Source of the DNA: Hydrolagus colliei | Taxonomy: Eukaryota | Length of the DNA: 64,000 nucleotides | Assembly (NCBI GenBank): GCA_035084275.1 | Contig: CM068748.1 | Location: 5,208,001-5,272,000, forward strand | Reading direction: 5' to 3' | Shown here: positions 55,984 through 64,000 of the stretch, one piece after another | How the letters are laid out: each line of letters begins with the position of its first letter | Numbering within the stretch: the stretch's first letter is position 1 | Program-made: the position numbers and the translations under genes | The notes under the pieces: model-generated | What the model saw: only the letters and a program-made list of their open reading frames with translations | Told to the model about the DNA's origin: nothing | The model's database searches: none

Positions 55984-58900
55984 GAATATGAAATGCATGG
56001 AGAATATTCAGGGTTCAGAAGCCACTGGGCAAACGTGCCTAGCAGTAATTCATTATTCAAAAGAAACCTTGGAGAACCGTAACATTGTTTTGGAAGACAT
56101 GTTCTGTAAAAATTTAATAAAACCACTACAGGAAAGCACAGCCTCAAAGGGAACTTATGTTAGCACAAAATCATACCATCGACAAGCAAACGCTTGAGGA
56201 TTTAGAACATCAAACCCCAAGGATGATACTAAACAAGAAAGAATCCATCCACAAAGTGGCTGAATGAATGGTACAATGTATTTGTGGATGAAGGAAGGAA
56301 TGGCTTTAAACTTTTCTGCTGTGCAGGAGACAAAGACAACCGCTTCTGTAGAGAAGCATAATATCCACTTCAGATTTATTTCTATTTTATATGCTTTATG
56401 TCTGGAATTTGGCGTATTTCCAGAGATGGTGAAACGCTGGCGACGAGACGTTTCCCGAACCAGTGCGGAAACACTTTTTGTTGAACCGATGGAGTTCTGA
56501 ATCAGAACCAGGTACATTTCCCTTCAGACATATTGGATAGTGTGTGGGTTACACACAGCTCACACTGGTAACCTTACAACCAAAACACTCTCCAGCTAAG
56601 ACAAATGCAATCTCAAGCAAAATGCTAGACTCTGAGATGGCACAAAAATATGAATTTGTGTTTTGCAGCAACTTAAAATATTTGAGATTTACAAAAAAAT
56701 GATTTGTGAACGTGTACAAACATAGGCATTTGAGTGTATAATTGGAAGACTTTTTGAGCGCTTGTAAGGAATGATTCCAGTCAGCTTTTGGGATCTAAAT
56801 TAATTTTGCATTATTCAAAGAAATGTGATTCCATGATTTCCAGTGATGGCCATCAACTTAGTCAGAAACCCAAAGCTCTACACTGTGAGAACATCAGAAG
56901 ACTGGCAAATTGTTTCGGGGGTAAAGAAAATTGCCAACAAAGATCAGAGGTGCTTTTCACATAAACTATGGGGCAACAAAGATGTTAGAAAAGTATTGCC
57001 AATAAGAGAAAAATTAGGTAAATTGCAGCAGTGTAGTTCTTAGTTACAGGCAAGATGACCAGTAACAAAAAGTACCCACTCGTATAGTTTTCTTTTCAAA
57101 ATGGTTTTCCAAGCAAGACCATGATGAGTTACACTCAGAGGAAAAATTCAGCGTTTGAAAACAAATGAATTAGTAGAGACACTGATTTTGACACTCAAGC
57201 ACTGAACAAAGGGAGGGAAGAAAAGAAACAAATTCATATTTCTATCTGGATGCAAACGACAAGAAGATGTGCCAAGCATTCCTTTGGTAAGGAATTACAG
57301 AAAAACTGAGTGATATTGGACTACAGCAAGATCATTGAATCATAGAGGTATATTTAACCTTGATGGATATTGCAAACAATCATCCTAATATGGAACAGGT
57401 AAGGAATACATGGTTAGTTTGTTAAAGGATATGTACTTTATTTGTTACAATTATTGGAAAAATGACCAGTTTGGTGGTATTTCCTGTTTTCCGAGTTGTA
57501 GTTTCATCTTGGGAGCATGGTTGCAATGCTAATGTGAAGGAAGAGACTTATGGATGTGTATTTAAAAAAACACTCCACTTTACTGACACAAATCACATTT
57601 TAATCTTTAACCATCATGAGCATCAGTTCAGAGAATATTAATTTTCCTACTAAATTAATATTTTTGTTTATTGAGTAAAGGTTCATATCATTTATATTTT
57701 CAGAGCTGCATTGCAATCTGTTTTTGTGTTCCATTAAAAGATATGCAGCTGCTGCTGGCCTACATATGCATTTCATGTTTTTATTCAGCAAATACTACTC
57801 ATTTTGTGTGTGTGATTTTACGTTTGTCATTTTTCTCCCCCCATCCTATAATGACACACCCTAATCTGTTGTTCATATGTTTTATCAAGCTTGAATTAAA
57901 GTGAAAAATGTAGGTTGGAACAGTCCTGGGGACATCCACTCTTCCTGATGACATTACCAAAATTAGGAACTTACCATGGGCAGAATATTCTCTCCTCCCC
58001 TCCTTTCTGCTACCTCTGAGACACAACTCAGACAAGCATCAACATATGCAACAGCCACAAGACTTTAATATACATTTTTATTTATTCGTGCTTGTTCTGT
58101 GTAAAATCATTGATTTTTTTTAATGTCTATTTCTGTTCTATTCTGGCAGCATGATTCCACTTTAATTTAATTTATTGCTGATTTAAAATAACTGCATAAT
58201 ATGACTTCCTGCAAATGGGTCATTAGCTAAATCTATTGTATCTAGGGGATCCTGCTGCAAAGATCACAAGGTCTTGGGTTTAATGCTTTACTCATGCTGA
58301 GTTAACTGGCTTTAGTCGGGAAATTAAACTAAGCTTAGCTAACAGGGCTCAGGTGTTAGAGAAGATAGAACAGATCATGTCCTTGCAGAAAAGACTCTTG
58401 TCATCTATGAAATGACACGACTTATGTTGGTCATAGATTTGAGTGACTATTACTACCGTTGCTTAAACCTAAGGCATCCATTTGAAGTAAACATCCTGTA
58501 CTTGGTTTTATATAAGCACACAAAACCAGTAGCTTCATGAAAACCTTTCCAAAAACCCAGATGCTGTTCAAATGTGACAAGTGCTACAAGGTCGTTTTCA
58601 GTGTTGTGGAAAGTAATTTTTAATGTCAAAATAACAAGGCAATTGCTGTACAAGATAGATTGCTGTTTGTGGGACATTGTTGTGCTGCGTTCATTTACAA
58701 AAGAAAAACAGTAACTACATTTTACAGTAAATCCTGCAAATTATTTGGAACATCCTCCAGGTTGCACTTTTGGCTTGCACTTTTATGATTAGACTGCTAC
58801 CAGATCGCTTTCCTAGAACAATCCCAAATGAAAGACTAGAGCTCAGAAGAGACAATCTTAATGGCATACCTATTCCTGGCTTTGCGGTGTTTTGGAGTTA

Positions 58901-59074
58901 ATATTACCCAAATGAACTAAAATTCCGATTGGTAAAAAATATAATCCAAGGTTGAGTACATTTCATCATAATATTAGTGAACAAATTGAAATAATGTACA
59001 GTATAATGCATAAGAGAGACCCGGGTTTGTTTGCTGGCAGGGCAAAATCTTGGGCAAGTTTTGTTACTCCGTAC

Positions 59075-59190
59075 GCCTGATAATAATCCCTCAAGGAAAG
59101 TAAATAATAATAAATTGGTCATTTCAATCCATGACTGTTTGTAGGACACTGCTGTGTGCAATTGGCTGCTGTGTTTCGCCCATAAATATA
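59075..59190 (+). mobile_element. SINE central fragment
   Basis: ataatccctc...ttggtcatttcaatccatgactgtttgtaggacactgctgtgtgcaattggctgctgtgtttcgccca. Confidence 0.75.
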
Positions 59191-60750
59191 TATGTGAGCG
59201 GCACGTGGTGTAATGTGATTGGAACTTCAATTCTCGTGTACAATGTCAATAACATTGGCTCTAACACTACAGTGTGAGCCTGGCACACTACAAGGTACTT
59301 TTCAAGATGTAGGTAATTTCTGATCCACTTCAGGAACTCTCTTCACTCCCTCCCACTCTTCATATTCCTTGACTTTCAGCCTTGTTGAACAATCAATTGT
59401 GCGGCATTGTCAAAAGTACTTGCCTGCTTTCACTACAACATCAGGTTTACAGACCCTCTACTTGCTATTAACAATTGATTAGGCTTGCTGGTTGCCTGAA
59501 CTATGGTGGTTCCCAGTTCCTACCAGATTGCTTCAACCTCCCTGTTCCTCTTCACTCTGATATCCTGCTACCAATCTGTTCTATTCACAAATAGACTGCC
59601 CTTTGCCTTATTCAACAATTCCTTTGAGTTAACAAAGCTACCTCATGCAGTCAAACTATACACATATTGTATTATTATCCATCAATTTTGAATGTGGGAA
59701 ACTAGGAAATTCGTTTTTTAATTTATTTAATTATTTTCCCTTTAAAACATAAGATTGAAATGTGGTGGATTGAGTCAAACAAGACAAAATTGGTTGTAGA
59801 TCTCTCTAGAACAGGAAAGAATTGGTGAAGGCAGCTAAAATCCTAGATTGCAGAGCTATAGATAGACTTCTGCTGCTTCACTCCCCGAAGCACAGATCAG
59901 AACAAGAATTAATCAATCGAATGCTGACACTCTGTTTCGCAGAAGCAAGTATATTAGGAAATAAATACAGTATGATGAAAACTGGCAGGCAAACTGTGAC
60001 AGTTCATCGGATATCCGCTAACCAAAGCTCACACAGAAAGGCAAGGACATCTGGTCAAAGGAAAAGCTCAAATGGACTTCAGAAGAAGTTATATAAAGGC
60101 CACGCATAAAAATTATGCCATTTTGAACTAAATTCAAAAATGAGAAGTCATGGATTTGTAAGCTAAAGCTATGCATGTATCTGAAGGAAGAAAATGTAAA
60201 TTTCAGAAATAGGACATAAATACTCACATTTTGTTACCTGTCTCTGGTCAACGCAGAACTACCTCTTCCCATGGAAGATAAATTAGGTTTTATAACATTG
60301 TTGAGAGACTGAGTGATTGCAGTTAGGCATGCTCTGGTGTTTTACTTTTGGTCTTTATTGGGCACATATAGGAAATGAAATGGAGCAATCTCAACTCAGA
60401 TCAAAATAGGCTGGACCTACAGCACAAAAGTGCTTTGGATTGAATCCAAGTTCAAGAGAAAACCTTGATTTATATCTATTTAGGCCTCCCAATCCACCAT
60501 AGGCTACCAGTCTTTTGTGAAATGCATTTATAAACATGTATAGAGCTCAATTCAATAATGCTAATCAAATACCCGTTTGTGAAAACACACAAACAAAATT
60601 TAATTATTTTTCAAATATGTAATTTTTACACTTCAAGCCATTACATTATGTAAAGCAGCCTATTCAAATGCACGTAGTTGCTGTTATTCAGTCATATTTC
60701 TAACATTAAGAATAGGAACAGGAATGAGCGTGAGAAGCTAATGTAAAGTT

Positions 60751-61043
60751 GTGAGTTCTGTAGCTCAGTGTTTAGAGCACTCTCCTTACAAGCAAGAGAC
60801 CTGGATTCAATTCCAGGTAGGGTGAAAACTTGGGGAAGTTTCCTTACTCCACATGCCTGATAATCTCCAATAAAAAAAAATTGGTCATTTCAATCCACGA
60901 CTGTTTGTGAGACCCTGCTAGGTGCAATTGGCTGCCACATTTCGCCCACATTTATACAATCAATTCACTTTACAGCATATTCTTTGAAGCGCTTTGAGAT
61001 ATCTAGAAGACGTGAAAAGTGCTATATCAAATGCAACGATAAT
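60751..61043 (+). mobile_element. Near full-length tRNA-derived SINE
   Basis: Head tagctcagtg...gattcaattcc, core, tail gaagcgctttgagatatctagaagacgtgaaaagtgctatatcaaatgcaa. Confidence 0.87.
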
Positions 61044-61384
61044 GAGGATTTGGAAGAGGAATGGATACTGATCTAAACCATATCAAACAGCTGCAGACTA
61101 CAAGAAAATAAACTAGAGCTATTACAGTGTCTATTACATACCGTGAAGACTACATTAACAAATTGAAACATACTGGAAAGGTTATCCTGAGGCCAGCACT
61201 TATTCCCATATACTCTGGATATTTGTCCACACTTAAAATTGTGAAAATTATCCACATAGAATGATCAAATCCCTGCTTCCACATTGTTGAATTAACGTAT
61301 TAAAAGGACACTAGATTATCAAAATAAATGTTTGAATCATTGAAATTCAAACCTGAAACCTGTCATGTGTTAATGATCACCAAC

Positions 61385-61576
61385 TTATTAATACATGCAT
61401 TGACAATAGTAACCTTAAGTTAATTAACACATTGACCAGTTTGCTGCTCTCACGCAACAATTGAAAGGATTTTGGTGGTGAAGACGACACGAGGAGATGT
61501 GCCTTCATTTTACCTAGGATTCAGTCAATGTGTTAATTAGCATCAGGTCGCCAATTTTAATTCATGTGTTGATTAG
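61385..61576. repeat. Imperfect ~50-bp inverted repeat (foldback / old MITE-like)
   Basis: Perfect 16-bp core taattaacacattgac (61421-61436) and gtcaatgtgttaatta (61524-61539), with degenerate outward extension. Confidence 0.7.
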
Positions 61577-62644
61577 CACCATAGATAGTAATGAACATAT
61601 CACTGATAGTGCAATTTTCCTCTTGCATTTTTAATGTACTATTTATAGCAGCAAAGATTATCACCCCCTTTTGTCTACAAGAGGATTAATTTTTTATAAA
61701 GATTTACAGTATGTATGTATCAGTCAAAATAACTGTGTATTCAACAACCAATGTTTTTCAAAATATTTTACCTTCAAAATATTTTGCAAAATGTCTCTCA
61801 CAATTTGGAATCTATTTAGTAAGGGGTATCATTCTCTTTTTGTAATTTAACCTTCCAGTTTAGTAACTTGTTTTAGCTGCTGCTGTAAATTAAGATTCTG
61901 CAAGAAAAACATGACAGACTGTATCAATTTCTTAACCTTTTTAATCATATAATTGCTTGGCAGATGAAATTATAAATGGTCATAAAAGAGATTTATGGTC
62001 CTTCAATCTCTGCTGTGATTCTATTTCACTGGAAAAATGTGCTATTGATCTTGAAATATATTTTATCTGCATTACATTCTGGGTAATTTATGCTTTATAG
62101 CTGAGATTCAAGCAGACATAGTTTGTAATCAAGAACACGTGTTGTGATATACGTACTTCATATAAAAACACAGACATTCTATGATGATTTTAGCATCTTC
62201 CAGTTCAGTAAATCGTGTTTGAATACAAGTTATGAATACAGTAATCGAAAATACGTACAGATATTGTACTCCTGGGCTCATATTCATTCAATATCTCATG
62301 ATATATACAAAATATGCTTGTCTCCCTAAAAGAGAGCATATCTGTGCTTCACTCAGCCATCCACTGGTATCAGAATGTCTCTCCTACCATTGTAAAACAT
62401 GGAACTACACACAAAACATGGTAGCCATATTGAAGTCTCAAACTCTTAGAGGAGTGTGTTCATTGCTTTTGTACTTCAGATCATTGTCAAATTGCGCTGC
62501 CACAGTTTAACGTGTCACCCCATAAATATTGCTTTGCAATCTATTCCTAGCCCATATTTATTCTCTACACAATAAATGAAAGGGGAACAAACAGGCAGCA
62601 AGTTTCTTGTAATGGCAACAGTTTGCTTTACTGTTACTGTACTA

Positions 62645-62840
62645 TAATAATAAGCCTTGATATAGTGCCTTATCACATCATTGAGATATTTCAAAGTACT
62701 TCACAGGATGTTTTTACTGTGAAGTATAGTGACAGTATAGTTATTTATTTATTTATAAATACTATAGGAAGTTTGCACCAAAGAATGCCCACAAAATGTC
62801 ATGAGGTAAATCACTGAATTTATTTGTGGGGCTATTATCA
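62645..62840 (-). mobile_element. Decayed SINE 3' half
   Basis: ataataataagccttgatatagtgccttatcacatc...tcaaagtacttcacagg...tgcccacaaa. Confidence 0.55.
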
Positions 62841-63264
62841 TAAGTATGGAATAAAACTACACTGGGGTTTGTATGATGGAAACGTAATGAGTTAGATATG
62901 TTCCTGCTGCGATAATATTCTCTCCCCTCAGGAAAATCACACCTTCACCTATCAATTTCCCCTTCCATTCTGGGGAAGAACTCCATGCAAAAGTTAAAAC
63001 AGCCCCCTGAGTTTTTCACAGAATTCTGATATTACAAGAAAAATAATTTCTACAATGTGCCTACAGTCTTTTGATTTGTTGGGTTCTTTTTCTCTGAAAG
63101 GCAATAAAGGGAAAGCAACCGCCAAAATAAAAGTAGGCTGCAGTTATCATATCTTTTCAAGGTACAGCTACCGCAAAAATCCTGTTACAAAATCCTGTTT
63201 TGAAGCCCTAACACCATGTGAAAAATCATTGTCTGGATGCTAAGAATTCTGACTCATCATGACT

Positions 63265-63332
63265 GTTCAGCGCTTTGGGACATCCTCCCGACGTGAAAGG
63301 CACTATATAAGTGCAATTTTGTTGTTGTTGTA
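63265..63332 (+). mobile_element. Isolated L2 3' tail
   Basis: cagcgctttgggacatcctcccgacgtgaaaggcactatataagtgcaattttgttgttgttg. Similar tails occur at ~12833, 14550(-), 18255, 25830(-), 31390(-), 33388(-) and 35835. Confidence 0.8.
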
Positions 63333-64000
63333 AGAAGAAAATTATACGGGGACAGAAATACAGTCAGCAAGCGTGAGACTGCCTTTCTCCTTGCAATGGG
63401 AGTGCTACTTCAAACAGTAGATAATATGGGGAAGGAAGATAGGTTTGAATGAAGAACACCTTTAAGTCGATGCTGTAATGAAAACATAGTAAAGTGGGTA
63501 TTTTGGAAGGTTTAGATCAAATGAGCCAGAGGTCCTTCATTATCCAAACCACTTATGATTCTGTGACAATCCCCATTCATATTCCTTATTAAAGAAAACA
63601 TTACAAATTGCAATATTCTATGCTAGCAGAGCATTTTTTGCCCCTGTAGGATTGTCTTTAAATTACATGTAGAAACAAATTGTTTTCTAACCTGCAAACA
63701 GAACAATCTAAATTGTTGTTTCATTAATCATCTGTCCTGAAGACAGGTTAACCTGAAACAGGAACATTAGATAAATAGTTTTTTAAAAAACGGACAAATG
63801 GGCATATTTCAGCTAATGATATTACAGGTTGATAGATCATAGAGCTCAGTAGCTCTGTTTTATTCAATTGAAGAAAACTGCTGAGTTCTGGCTTGAAAGA
63901 ACATGTCTTACCAATACTGATGGTTAGCAAAGTAAAATCAATACATTGTCACAGTTCACCTTTTGGTGAGAGCAGAAGAGCAGAAGAGCAGAACATGCAC

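Noticed and set aside
57700-64000. Search for a neighbouring downstream gene or a definite poly(A) site
   Set aside because: No recognisable coding exons. AATAAA hexamers are too frequent in this AT-rich DNA to assign a 3' end.

Overview
AT-rich, CpG-depleted vertebrate genomic DNA. The repeat content (tRNA-derived DeuSINE-type SINEs, L2/CR1 LINE fragments, a Penelope-type hairpin) suggests a cartilaginous fish, possibly a chimaera; this is inference. The window holds the complete coding region of one + strand gene, JAKMIP3 (NECC2), a long coiled-coil protein with a C-terminal hydrophobic anchor. I resolved it by hand into 21 GT-AG coding exons (ATG 14349 to TAA 54473, 845 aa), with all 20 coding introns in phase 0. 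The rest is intronic or flanking DNA with many truncated retroelements and one TA-flanked Tc1/mariner-type MITE. Strongest observations: (1) the T-rich codons of the anchor exon also form the polypyrimidine tract of a second, frame-shifting acceptor that would give an anchor-less C-terminus; (2) an interleaved A-B-A'-B' double inverted repeat (pseudoknot topology) lies just upstream of the last coiled-coil exon; (3) a ~113-bp, ~90% identical inverted repeat pair brackets the start-codon exon; (4) a 40-codon uORF overlaps the main ATG; (5) a tandem GTAAGT/GTATGT donor. No prokaryotic-type systems were seen. All splice calls are predicted from sequence, without transcript data.
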